A DNA stretch of 64,000 nucleotides from contig JAKAJD010000001.1 of NCBI GenBank assembly GCA_021813945.1, positions 560,412 to 624,411 of the forward strand, written 5' to 3'. The translations under genes and the position numbers were made by a program. Shown here piece by piece: positions 38,439-47,025 of the stretch. How positions within the stretch are numbered: position 1 is the first letter of the stretch; each line of letters starts with the position of its first letter. The DNA is from a bacterium. Its GTDB lineage: Bacteria > Patescibacteriota > Microgenomatia > Curtissbacterales > GWA2-41-24. Below the pieces are notes generated by a model, which had not been told where the DNA came from, did no database searches, and saw only the letters and a list, made by a program, of their open reading frames with translations.

Positions 38439-38687
38439 CTAAGCAGAATCCGAAAGCGCTTTGTTTGTCGTTATTGGTACTTCCCGGCTCTTCCTGCTAT
38501 CTGCAAGTTTATTGATCACCCTTTCTGTTATTTGGGTAACCGTATAGTTGGAAATATAAATCTCCACAGAACCGTAGGCTTTATTCCTTATTGCCTCAAT
38601 AATCTGCGAGACAAGCTGGGGTGAAATATGCTGCGTCGAAAACGCGTCGTCCTTTTGGCTCATTTTCTTCTGGGCAGTGCAGGCCAA
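38439..38687 (-). CDS. Small hypothetical protein
   Basis: ORF only; abuts the downstream gene. Confidence 0.3.
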   Translation of the reverse strand: MACTAQKKMSQKDDAFSTQHISPQLVSQIIEAIRNKAYGSVEIYISNYTVTQITERVINKLADSRKSREVPITTNKALSDSA

Positions 38688-38722
38688 AAAAGGGGGCAGT
38701 CAGTTCGACAACCCATTATAAC

Positions 38723-40354
38723 CTAATTGACAAGTAGGCTTGATGTAGTCTGGGAGTTGCCGATATCATAGGTATAACTCGTCTTGGCAACGTTTGTAAC
38801 AGCGGATTTATAGGTTCCGGTTTGCGACGATCGCAACCTGAATGTGATAGTCCCGTCCGTTGCTGTCGTGCCGGAACCGGAAGATTTACCCCCGGAAGGT
38901 TGTGTCACCATAACTGAAACTGTAGCGCCAGAAACCGGATTGCCGCCGGCATCCAGAACCGTCACCTTTGTGTAAACATTTCGAGTCCAAAACGATTTTG
39001 TGAACCACATCGAGATATTAGAAACGTGCATCACCAAACTCGGAACAGGTGTTGGCGTCGGTGTCGGAGTCGGGCTGGGTGTGGGTGTTGGTGTAGGAGT
39101 TGGGGTTGGGGTAGGTGTTGGACTTGGGGTAGGTGTGGGTGTCGGACTTGGAGCCGGTGATCCTCCACCAACTGCCCTGTACGCATTAATGCGCCCATGT
39201 GCCCATAAAGTACCAGTCCCACCAATTGAGTCGGCAGTATTTTCAATCTGGGCCTTCACGCAACTATTGGTAGAACATAAACCGCTTGCCCAAACCAAAG
39301 CTGCAAGGCCGGCAACATGAGGCGTCGCCATCGACGTTCCCGAAAGGGTTCCATAGTCTGTTTGACCAATCGAATTTGTATGGGTCGGCAAAGTCGAAAA
39401 AATGTTAACTCCTGGCGCCGCTACGTCCACCCAGGATCCATAGCTTGACCAGCTCGGCTTAACATCATTACTATCCGTCGCCGCAACCGACATCACATTA
39501 GGGTAGAAAGCCGGGTAAACCGGTGAAGAGTTGCCGTTGTTGCCGGCTGCCGCAACCACCACTACTCCGTGACTCCAGGCATAACTGACAGCATTGGCCA
39601 AAGTCGAAGAGCTGCTAGAACCGCCAAGACTCATGCTTATTACCTTGGCACCGTTATCCGTTGCCCAAATAATCCCATTGGCAACCCAAGAGTAGTATCC
39701 CGAACCGTTATCATCCAGAACCTTAACATTCATAAGCGAAGACTTGTAGCCGACTCCGGCAACACCAACATTGTTATTGGTCACAGCCGCTGCAATTCCG
39801 GCAACATGAGTGCCGTGTCCGTAAAGGTCATCAACGGTTGAGCTGGTTGTGAAGTTTTGGTTAGCCACAATTTTGGAAGACACATCCGGATGGTTCTGGT
39901 CAATACCGGTATCCAAAATGGCAATGTTAACCGCAGAACTGCCGGTATTTAAATCCCAAGCGCTTTGCGCACTGGTGTTTGCAGCCTGGATTTTAAACAT
40001 TCCCCACTGCTGTGAAAGATAAGTATCATTTGTAGCTGTCATAGCTTTGGCTACAAAATCCGGTTCCGCAAATTCAACGGACGGCAATTTCAAAAATGTA
40101 GAAGAAAATCCGTCTTCCAAACCTTGTGGAACTTCAAGCGCCAGCACATTAATTTTATCCAGCCTATCTTTTACCCTCACCCCAAACCTGGAAACGGTTG
40201 AATTTATTTCGTCCTGTGATGTGCCCATCCTAAACTTAACCAGGACTCTTCCTGTGGTGTGCTCGCCAAAATTCGGCCCGGAAGCCAAGGTATTAGCTGA
40301 AAGAGGCAGAAACAAAAGGAGTGAAATTAGGCAAGATGTAAAAAATCTTCTCAT
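38723..40354 (-). CDS. Subtilisin-like serine protease (peptidase S8) with a signal and propeptide, a PT-repeat linker and a C-terminal beta domain
   Basis: Catalytic triad motifs ILDTGID (Asp), [11 protein letters not shown] (His), [11 protein letters not shown] (Ser); (PT)n linker encoded by a GGTGTN repeat at 39038-39150. Confidence 0.9.
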   Translation of the reverse strand: MRRFFTSCLISLLLFLPLSANTLASGPNFGEHTTGRVLVKFRMGTSQDEINSTVSRFGVRVKDRLDKINVLALEVPQGLEDGFSSTFLKLPSVEFAEPDFVAKAMTATNDTYLSQQWGMFKIQAANTSAQSAWDLNTGSSAVNIAILDTGIDQNHPDVSSKIVANQNFTTSSTVDDLYGHGTHVAGIAAAVTNNNVGVAGVGYKSSLMNVKVLDDNGSGYYSWVANGIIWATDNGAKVISMSLGGSSSSSTLANAVSYAWSHGVVVVAAAGNNGNSSPVYPAFYPNVMSVAATDSNDVKPSWSSYGSWVDVAAPGVNIFSTLPTHTNSIGQTDYGTLSGTSMATPHVAGLAALVWASGLCSTNSCVKAQIENTADSIGGTGTLWAHGRINAYRAVGGGSPAPSPTPTPTPSPTPTPTPTPTPTPTPSPTPTPTPTPVPSLVMHVSNISMWFTKSFWTRNVYTKVTVLDAGGNPVSGATVSVMVTQPSGGKSSGSGTTATDGTITFRLRSSQTGTYKSAVTNVAKTSYTYDIGNSQTTSSLLVN

Positions 40355-40372
40355 TTAGGGTGTAACAGACCA

Positions 40373-40400
40373 GTCTAAGAAATGAGTAAGGTGCGGTCAA
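40373..40400 (-). promoter_or_regulatory. Candidate sigma70-type promoter for the subtilisin gene. -35 TTGACC at 40395-40400 and -10 TAGACT at 40373-40378, with a 16-nt spacer, preceded by a tandem TTTGACTTTGAC tract.
   Basis: Seen in sequence on the minus strand 20-45 nt upstream of ATG 40354. Confidence 0.3.
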
Positions 40401-40441
40401 GATAGCAAAAAGTCAAAGTCAAAGTGTAAAGGGACAGTCCT

Positions 40442-40858
40442 TTAGCGAAGTTTCGCAATAAGGCCGGTTAACATAGCAATTATTTCCTGAAGATCACCTC
40501 TAATTCGACTGCCTGCTTCTTCCTTAATCTGATTAGTTTCAACTAAAATGTAAGTCCAGTAATCTGTTTCTCCGGCAGAACCTCGTGCAATTTCCAAATG
40601 GGAAGCATAACTCTTGCCTCTATGACTATGAAAACCCTCAGCTATATTTGCCGGAACCGAGAAACCTGCAGCCAGCGCCTGCTTCCAGATTTCCCAATCG
40701 GAAAAACCTTTCTTACCTGCTTTTGAAAGCTTGTAAATCTCCAATGCAACCGAATTTGCCTTTTGCCAAACTATTAAATCTTGATAGCTGGTTATCTTCT
40801 GTGGGGTATTAAATTTATCGCTTTGAGTCTTGCCGTTATTATGACTTTGACTTTCCAC
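40442..40858 (-). CDS. Four-helix-bundle protein, 23S rRNA intervening-sequence protein family (second paralog)
   Basis: YQDLIVWQKANSVALEIYKL ... PANIAEGFHSHRGKSY ... ARGSAGETDYW. Confidence 0.8.
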   Translation of the reverse strand: MESQSHNNGKTQSDKFNTPQKITSYQDLIVWQKANSVALEIYKLSKAGKKGFSDWEIWKQALAAGFSVPANIAEGFHSHRGKSYASHLEIARGSAGETDYWTYILVETNQIKEEAGSRIRGDLQEIIAMLTGLIAKLR

Positions 40859-40871
40859 TTTTCACTCTGAC

Positions 40872-41333
40872 TTACAGTTCGTCTTCGCCGTAGATGGAAG
40901 GCAAAATTATTCTTTCCCAATCGTGGATATCCGCTTCCTCAAAAAATCTGTGCAGCTCTTCCTTTGCTGCTTCAGCAGAATCCGAAACGTGGACAATATT
41001 GTTAGACTGCGAAACCGAAAAATCACCGCGAATCGTGCCATATTCCGCTTCCCTTCCGTTTGTCACCCCGGCCATTTTGCGAACGACAGATATTGCGTCT
41101 TTGCCTTCCAAAACCATACAAACCAAAGGCGAAGACATCATGAATTTTTTAAGTCCGGCAAAAAATGGCTTGTCCTTGTGGTGGGAATAATGTTCTTCGA
41201 TAATTGCGTCCGAAGCCTTAATCATCTTGAGCGCAACCAGTTTTAATCCCTTACGCTCAAATCTGTGGATTATTTCTCCAACAAGCCCCCGCTGAAGGGC
41301 ATCCGGTTTTAACAAAACTACAGTCTTTTCCAT
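40872..41333 (-). CDS. ndk: Nucleoside diphosphate kinase
   Basis: EKTVVLLKPDALQRGLVGEII ... NIVHVSDS active-site His region; 153 aa. Confidence 0.9.
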   Translation of the reverse strand: MEKTVVLLKPDALQRGLVGEIIHRFERKGLKLVALKMIKASDAIIEEHYSHHKDKPFFAGLKKFMMSSPLVCMVLEGKDAISVVRKMAGVTNGREAEYGTIRGDFSVSQSNNIVHVSDSAEAAKEELHRFFEEADIHDWERIILPSIYGEDEL

Positions 41334-41393
41334 GGTTCTATTTTCGTTGACAGCTTATCTAAATGTCAATCTCCCTCAGCGCCAAAACACTTA

Positions 41394-41552
41394 ACAAAGG
41401 TCAGGCCTTAACGACCGCCATTTCCAAGCAGAAGACCTGACCTTGGGACAAAAGATGGGTCATCACTCAAGAAAAAGGGCAGGCCTTTCTCTTGCGTGTC
41501 ATAGGTTAAGGCCTGCCCTTAACCCTTGCGTTAGTCGTTAGACGTTAGACGT
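41394..41552. repeat. Two palindromic repeats, type 1 at 41394-41447 and type 2 with a GTTAGACGTTAGAC tail at 41473-41552
   Basis: The spacer GCCATTTCCAAG is shared with the copy at 88-147; the tail is shared with 21141-21163. Confidence 0.6.
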
Positions 41553-42013
41553 TCACTCTTTTCCCTTTCATTCACCTCAGCCCTCTGTGTCTGGTACCTT
41601 TCTAACTGGCCTTGGAACACAGCTTCCTGAGTAGGAGTCGTAGAAAATAATAGCCAGTTAATCCTGTTAACCCTGCCCGGGCTTAAGTTTCCGCCTAAAT
41701 CACCTTCAATTAAATCTCTAATCGTTTGGTCAGTCACCAGCTGGGGATATCTTGGCAGGTGAAAAACAAATTCTCTCTCATCAAGGGGTACTGTTGGCAA
41801 ATAACCTAAACCGTAAACATAAAGGCCGTGTTCCTCATCCCTGGGGTCGTCCTGGATTTTCAAAACGTGGCCCGATCCAAAAAGAAAGATCTTGCGAAAT
41901 TTGCCCCGCTCTCCGGAAACCTGCCTTAGGCGGTTCGATGCCAAACGGATCAAACCTTGCACCGGTTCTCTTAGCGCTGCGACTTCTTCCGAGTGCAAAA
42001 CCGCCTCGACCAT
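41531..42013 (-). CDS. Hypothetical protein (160 aa)
   Basis: ORF only; no recognisable motifs (I considered a Pth-like call and rejected it). Confidence 0.35.
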   Translation of the reverse strand: MVEAVLHSEEVAALREPVQGLIRLASNRLRQVSGERGKFRKIFLFGSGHVLKIQDDPRDEEHGLYVYGLGYLPTVPLDEREFVFHLPRYPQLVTDQTIRDLIEGDLGGNLSPGRVNRINWLLFSTTPTQEAVFQGQLERYQTQRAEVNEREKSERLTSND

Positions 42014-42059
42014 GCACCCAATTTAGCACTTTTTAAATGATGAGAAAAGTCTTTATGAA

Positions 42060-42638
42060 TCAAGCTGCCTGCTCATCAACTAACATATAACCAACATTTC
42101 TTTGAGTCCGAATAATTTCAGGTGCGTCTTTCCTTCCTCCATTCAAAATTTTCCTCAGCCTGGCAATATGCACATTTACAGTACCGACAGAAGCATGACC
42201 TCCCCACACTTTTTCAACTAATTCTGTCCTTTCAGCTACTTTATTTTTCCTCAAGACCAGATAGCGCAATAACTCACAATTTAATTTGGTTAAATGAACT
42301 CTTTCCCCACAAACCACAACAGATTGGGCGTCCATGTCAAATTCGAAATACTTATTCACATAAACGCCACTATCAACATGGCCAGTTTCGCTGACCGAAT
42401 CTCTTGCTGTTCTGGACAATCTTCCGTTTCTTACCAGAAAGCCAGCAAAATCACCAAGTTCTTGCCAGCCGTTTGCATGTTCGGGGTCTGCCTCCTTCAT
42501 ACGGCCAACCAGTTCTTGGAGCTTATAAAAACCCGTATTTCTTCTTTCCGGCATAAATAAGCATTCTAGCCGAAAGGTCACCTGTTTGCAATTATAGGAT
42601 AAAGTATAGCGCTGTAAGGGCAGACCTTTGTTCAGCAA
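42060..42638 (-). CDS. Winged-helix OmpR/PhoB-type DNA-binding protein with no receiver domain
   Basis: C-terminal trans_reg_C signature: LTKLNCELLRYLVLRKNKVAERTELVEKVWGG ... VHIARLRKIL ... IRTQRNVGYML. Confidence 0.65.
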   Translation of the reverse strand: MLNKGLPLQRYTLSYNCKQVTFRLECLFMPERRNTGFYKLQELVGRMKEADPEHANGWQELGDFAGFLVRNGRLSRTARDSVSETGHVDSGVYVNKYFEFDMDAQSVVVCGERVHLTKLNCELLRYLVLRKNKVAERTELVEKVWGGHASVGTVNVHIARLRKILNGGRKDAPEIIRTQRNVGYMLVDEQAA

Positions 42639-42668
42639 AAACCTTATGTTAAGGCCTGCCCTTAACCT
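42615..42668. repeat. Palindromic repeat (type 2) followed by a GGTCTCTGG tail shared with the 44672 copy
   Basis: TAAGGGCAGACCTTTG ... TTAAGGCCTGCCCTTAACC. Confidence 0.6.
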
Positions 42669-42709
42669 AGTACCTGGTCTCTGGTGACTGGTAACTAGTT
42701 ACTAATCTC

Positions 42710-44662
42710 TTGTTTCCTGTTTCAACTTTATGGTTTATTGTTGCCATGGCAGCTAAGTTAAACTTTTTGATAATTGGTGTCTTCGCCATTCTTGCGATCT
42801 TTTTTGCAATCTCAATCAAAACCAGCGCCGACACCTACTGGCACCTGGCAGTTGGTCGTCAAATTCTTGAAACTAAATCAATTCCCCATACAGATACCTT
42901 CATTTATGGCCCGATAGACAAAACTTTTAATTCAGTAGAATGGCTGTTTGATATATTTTTATATAGTTTTGAAAACCTTTTCGGAATGCTTGGGGTCACT
43001 CTACTTCGAGTTCTAATCGGGATAACCAGCATTTATCTTTTCTACCTGACAATCTCACTTATTACTAAAAACAATATCCTCAAAGGCTTTCTTGCTGCCT
43101 TAACCGGCTACATGCTTGCCTATCGTCTCTATGACAGGCCGGAAATTACCAGCTTCCTTTTGCTTTCTATCGTCAACTACACCTGCATCTACTATTTTCT
43201 TAAAAAGAAACTACCGGTCACAATTTATCTGCTACCTTTCGTTTTCCTGATTTGGCCCAACACCCATCCGTTTGGAATAATCGGCCTAGCAGTTTTTAGC
43301 TTCTTTTTCTTTTTATTTTTATTTGAAAAATTTGTAAAAAGAATCGAATACAAGAATTTAAACCAGATTGTGTTACTCTACGCTGCTTCGATTATCCTCT
43401 CTTTTGTCCAATTCAAAAAGCTATTTGTTTTTCTGGAACTTGGAGGATTAAATTCGCACAATCTTACCGAATTTTATTCCCTGCCACAGCGCTTTTGGTT
43501 AACCAAAGGATATGATATTTTCAATCAAACTTCGTATGACATCTATATCTACTTCATTTCGGCCGTAATATTGATTGGCTCAATCGCCCTACTTGCCAAA
43601 AACTGGCGCAAAAACCTAACCCTAATCTTAATGGGCTTTTTTTATCTGGCGCTTTTTTTGACACCTTTTAAGCTTTACAGAATTTTGCCATCAGTGTTTC
43701 TGATATCTGCCCCCATAATTCTTCTAGTTTGCAAAGATGCTTTACCAAAAATACCTGCCTATACAAACAAAATCGCTGGTGCCTGCTTTACGGTTATTTT
43801 GCTGATCATTGTTATATCCATCGGCCAGCAAAGGATAGCAGGCATTCGCGATTTTGCAATCGTACTTTACCGAGGCACAGATCCTTCCAATTACAAACCA
43901 GCCGGTGTTATCAATTTGCTTTGGAACCCGACTTTTCCCCAAAAAGAGCCGGAAATAATCTCCAAATACCTAAATACTAAACACCTTTTTACTTCGACTC
44001 CCTGGGATGAATACTTTCTTTGGAAAAACTACGGCATCAAAGTCTTCGCCGACGCCCTCTTTTACAACCGCGCCCAAAACGATTATGGAGATGAAGCAGC
44101 CCTAACACACGGAACAGGCAACTGGCAGCAGCTTTTGGAAAAATACGACATCGACACAGTCGTAAATAGCCAGCCCGGCTCCTATTGGCCGGTTAGCGTA
44201 CCTGTCTATACCTTGCCCAACTGGAAGCTCATCTACGCCAACGACGTGGCCTTTGTCTACGCCAGAGATGATGTTATAAAAAACCGTCCAGTTGACCTTT
44301 CTGCTATCAATGAGGGCCTTCAAAATGTCCTCAAAATTGAAGATAAAAATGCAGACTTAGCAATAAAACAACTTCAGGATTTACTAACGTTTGATCCGCA
44401 AAACGCCTTTGCCAGAAGCCAGCTGGCAACCTATTACATAAAAAAAGACACCGAAAAAGCCCGCCAAATTTCTGAAGATTCTCGCCAGATTTACCCCAAA
44501 AATCCGCTTTTCAGCTTGATTCTGGCCGCCTATTACCAGCAGAAAAACCAGTGCACTCAAGCCATAAACTTTGCCGATGAAGCAACCCGAAAAGCCCTAA
44601 ACGACGATTCAATAACCCCCGAAGCCCAAAACATCAAAGACGGTTGCAAATCGAATCTCTGA
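42710..44662 (+). CDS. Polytopic membrane protein with a C-terminal soluble (TPR-like) region; hypothetical
   Basis: About 12 predicted TM helices in the first 400 aa; divergent from the regulator gene. Confidence 0.45.
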   Translation: MFPVSTLWFIVAMAAKLNFLIIGVFAILAIFFAISIKTSADTYWHLAVGRQILETKSIPHTDTFIYGPIDKTFNSVEWLFDIFLYSFENLFGMLGVTLLRVLIGITSIYLFYLTISLITKNNILKGFLAALTGYMLAYRLYDRPEITSFLLLSIVNYTCIYYFLKKKLPVTIYLLPFVFLIWPNTHPFGIIGLAVFSFFFFLFLFEKFVKRIEYKNLNQIVLLYAASIILSFVQFKKLFVFLELGGLNSHNLTEFYSLPQRFWLTKGYDIFNQTSYDIYIYFISAVILIGSIALLAKNWRKNLTLILMGFFYLALFLTPFKLYRILPSVFLISAPIILLVCKDALPKIPAYTNKIAGACFTVILLIIVISIGQQRIAGIRDFAIVLYRGTDPSNYKPAGVINLLWNPTFPQKEPEIISKYLNTKHLFTSTPWDEYFLWKNYGIKVFADALFYNRAQNDYGDEAALTHGTGNWQQLLEKYDIDTVVNSQPGSYWPVSVPVYTLPNWKLIYANDVAFVYARDDVIKNRPVDLSAINEGLQNVLKIEDKNADLAIKQLQDLLTFDPQNAFARSQLATYYIKKDTEKARQISEDSRQIYPKNPLFSLILAAYYQQKNQCTQAINFADEATRKALNDDSITPEAQNIKDGCKSNL

Positions 44663-44671
44663 GGCCATGCA

Positions 44672-44740
44672 AAGGGCAGGCCTTTGTGCGGCAATAATCT
44701 TAGGTTAAGGCCTGCCCTTAACCCTGGTCTCTGGGTACTG
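44672..44740. repeat. Palindromic repeat (type 2) with a shared tail CCTGGTCTCTGG
   Basis: AAAGGGCAGGCCTTTG ... TTAAGGCCTGCCCTTAACCCTGGTCTCTGGGTACTG. Confidence 0.6.
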
Positions 44741-44767
44741 TAGACTGGATACTGGAGCTGGGAACTA

Positions 44768-46045
44768 CTATACTTTCAGAAGCTTTTGGAACCTATCTTC
44801 ATCCTTAAATGGTCCTATCACAGCAAGATTAAGTTTGCTGTCTGTCACTAAAAACTGGGCCAGTCGATGAACATCATCTGCCGTAACTCCATCTATTAAC
44901 TTCAAATACTCGCTTAAGGATCTTACCCTTCCCTCCATCAGCTCGTCCGACCCGTAGGAAAGTGCGACCGTTCTGGAATCTTCCCACGAAAGAATCACCT
45001 TACCCTTGATATACTCTTTTGCTTTTTTCAACTCCTTTTCGCTTACTTTTTCACTGGCAACTTCGCCAAATTCCGCCAAAATCACCTTGATTGCTTCATC
45101 AATTCGCTTTAAATCCACTCCTGCCGAAGCCACCAAAGTACCCGTATCGTGGTACGATTCGTGATCCGCCCGAATGTAATAACAAAGACCGCGCTTTTCG
45201 CGAACGTTTATAAAAAGCCGCGAAGACATCCCGCCGCCCAAAATTGTTCCCAAAACAGCAGCCGTATAACGGTCCGGATCTGTAAGTCTTAACCCCCTAA
45301 AGCCAACTACTAAATGAGCCTGGTCTGTCTTTTTATAAGAAATGAGGCAACCCGGTTTTCTTTGATCTTCCTCTACCGGCAAAAATCCGCTTACCGCTTT
45401 TTCTTCTTCTTTGCCGAAATGCTCCGAAATGGCATGATAAGCCTTGTCACGGTCAAAATTACCGGCAACTGCAACAACCATGTTGTTTGGCGCATAGCGC
45501 TCGTTGATGTATTCTTTAAAATCCTTGCGGGTAATTTTGCGAATAACATCTTTTAAGCCTCCGATATCCCAACCCAGCGGCTGGTCTCCCCACAAAAGGT
45601 GTTCGTATATTTCGGAAACCCGCCTCATCGGCGTGTCCTCGTACATGTTCAGTTCCTCAATAATTACCCCGCGTTCTTTTTCAATTTCCGCCTCGTCAAA
45701 TTTTGAATTCCAAACCATATCGGAAAGCATGTCCAAAGCAAGGGGCAAATGCTTAGAAGCAGCTTTAATGTGGTAAGCCGTTACCTCTTTGGAAGTAAAA
45801 GCGTTGTAATCCGCGCCAATTTCGTCTAGGGCGTGTGAAATATCAGAAGCCGTCGGCCTTCTTTTTGTGCCTTTAAAAAACATATGCTCCAGAAAGTGGG
45901 AAATCCCGTTGGTTTCTTTTCGTTCATATCTGGATCCGGCACCGCACATGACAATTGCCGTTGCCGAAAGTACGGAAGAAAGCGGGGCAAAAATTACCCT
46001 TAGCCCGTTTTTTAATGTGACTTTTTCAAAATCAGATGGTTCCAT
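44768..46045 (-). CDS. M16 family zinc peptidase (pitrilysin/insulinase-like)
   Basis: Inverted zincin motif HFLEHMFFKGT (HxxEH) near the N-terminus; 425 aa. Confidence 0.85.
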   Translation of the reverse strand: MEPSDFEKVTLKNGLRVIFAPLSSVLSATAIVMCGAGSRYERKETNGISHFLEHMFFKGTKRRPTASDISHALDEIGADYNAFTSKEVTAYHIKAASKHLPLALDMLSDMVWNSKFDEAEIEKERGVIIEELNMYEDTPMRRVSEIYEHLLWGDQPLGWDIGGLKDVIRKITRKDFKEYINERYAPNNMVVAVAGNFDRDKAYHAISEHFGKEEEKAVSGFLPVEEDQRKPGCLISYKKTDQAHLVVGFRGLRLTDPDRYTAAVLGTILGGGMSSRLFINVREKRGLCYYIRADHESYHDTGTLVASAGVDLKRIDEAIKVILAEFGEVASEKVSEKELKKAKEYIKGKVILSWEDSRTVALSYGSDELMEGRVRSLSEYLKLIDGVTADDVHRLAQFLVTDSKLNLAVIGPFKDEDRFQKLLKV

Positions 46046-46064
46046 TTTTGAGTCCCTCGAAAAA

Positions 46065-46120
46065 ATATCCGAGGAGCGCCTTTGGCATGACTGAAAGGTG
46101 CCAAGGCGACCTGCTGATAT
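46065..46120. repeat. 56-nt structured element, ATATCCGAGGAGCGCCTTTGGCATGACTGAAAGGTGCCAAGGCGACCTGCTGATAT, in the 5' leader of the M16 peptidase gene
   Basis: 53 of 56 nt identical to 8705..8760 while the flanks are unrelated; nested imperfect hairpin (TTGGCA/TGCCAA, GCGCC/GGCGAC, outer ATATCAG/CTGATAT). Confidence 0.6.
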
Positions 46121-46122
46121 TT

Positions 46123-46977
46123 TTACCTTATCTCGACATCGTTAACTTCCCAAGAATAGTCATTATAAACTGTGACTGTCGCAAACCGTGGCCCTTGGAA
46201 ATTGCGATCTGAATCGACCGCGCCGACAGTTGTGATTTTAACATTACCTGATGGCGATTTGTACTCGGCAAAAAAATGCAAATCACCGCTAAAAAAACCG
46301 TCGGCTTTTGAACTTTCCATAAGATCCATAAACTGCTTTGCCTGTTTCGCCACCTCAGCGTTATCTTCTCCCATCACATGACCCGACTGGGGATGAAACG
46401 GTGTCTTATGCGCAAACACAAAGGTAAGTTTTGCCTTTTGACTTTTGAGTTTTGAATTTACTTCTTGCCACTCCTCAGGACTAATACCTTTATATATATC
46501 ACTATTATCTACTATAACAAACTGTACCTCATTTTCCTCAAAATCCCTGCTTGGCTGACCAAAAATTTGTTTGTAATTGGTAAGCGCATCATCGCCGCGG
46601 TTTCTGCTATCCCACAAATCATGGTCCCCCGACGTTAAATAATAAGTCAGACCGGATTTATCAAAAACCTGCTTTACAGAAGTTAACTGGTCAACTGTCC
46701 CAATACTCGACCAATCCCCAAGGCCAATCACAAAATTCACACCGGAACCTTTTGCCTGATCTAGGGCTTTGACCAAAAGATCGTTATCGTTTTCGGAATC
46801 CGCAACTAAAGCAAACCTCAAAATCGGCTTTTTAGCTGCTACCTTTTCACCTTGCACCCTATCGATCCCTCCGGCCGGCTCAAAAACCGAAATATGCCCG
46901 AAAACTTTACCTTTTATATAAAAAAACGCCAAAACAGCCAGTGCAACCAAAATCAAAACCACCAAAATCTTCTTCAC
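46123..46977 (-). CDS. Calcineurin-like metallophosphoesterase, membrane-anchored
   Basis: GLGDWSS, GDHDLW and GDLHFF metal-binding motifs; N-terminal TM. Confidence 0.7.
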   Translation of the reverse strand: MKKILVVLILVALAVLAFFYIKGKVFGHISVFEPAGGIDRVQGEKVAAKKPILRFALVADSENDNDLLVKALDQAKGSGVNFVIGLGDWSSIGTVDQLTSVKQVFDKSGLTYYLTSGDHDLWDSRNRGDDALTNYKQIFGQPSRDFEENEVQFVIVDNSDIYKGISPEEWQEVNSKLKSQKAKLTFVFAHKTPFHPQSGHVMGEDNAEVAKQAKQFMDLMESSKADGFFSGDLHFFAEYKSPSGNVKITTVGAVDSDRNFQGPRFATVTVYNDYSWEVNDVEIR

Positions 46978-47025
46978 GGTCGGTATATTCTAGCAAAATC
47001 ATTGGAGTATGAAATTAAACTAAGC

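Noticed and set aside
39038-39150. GGTGTN tandem DNA repeat as a non-coding repeat or array
   Set aside because: It lies inside the subtilisin ORF and encodes a (PT)n linker on the minus strand. Similar coding PT tracts occur at 12690-12730 and 55040-55110.
41531-42013. Peptidyl-tRNA hydrolase, or another translation factor, next to ndk
   Set aside because: It lacks the GLGNPG/His motifs of Pth and the GGQ of ArfB. Left as hypothetical.
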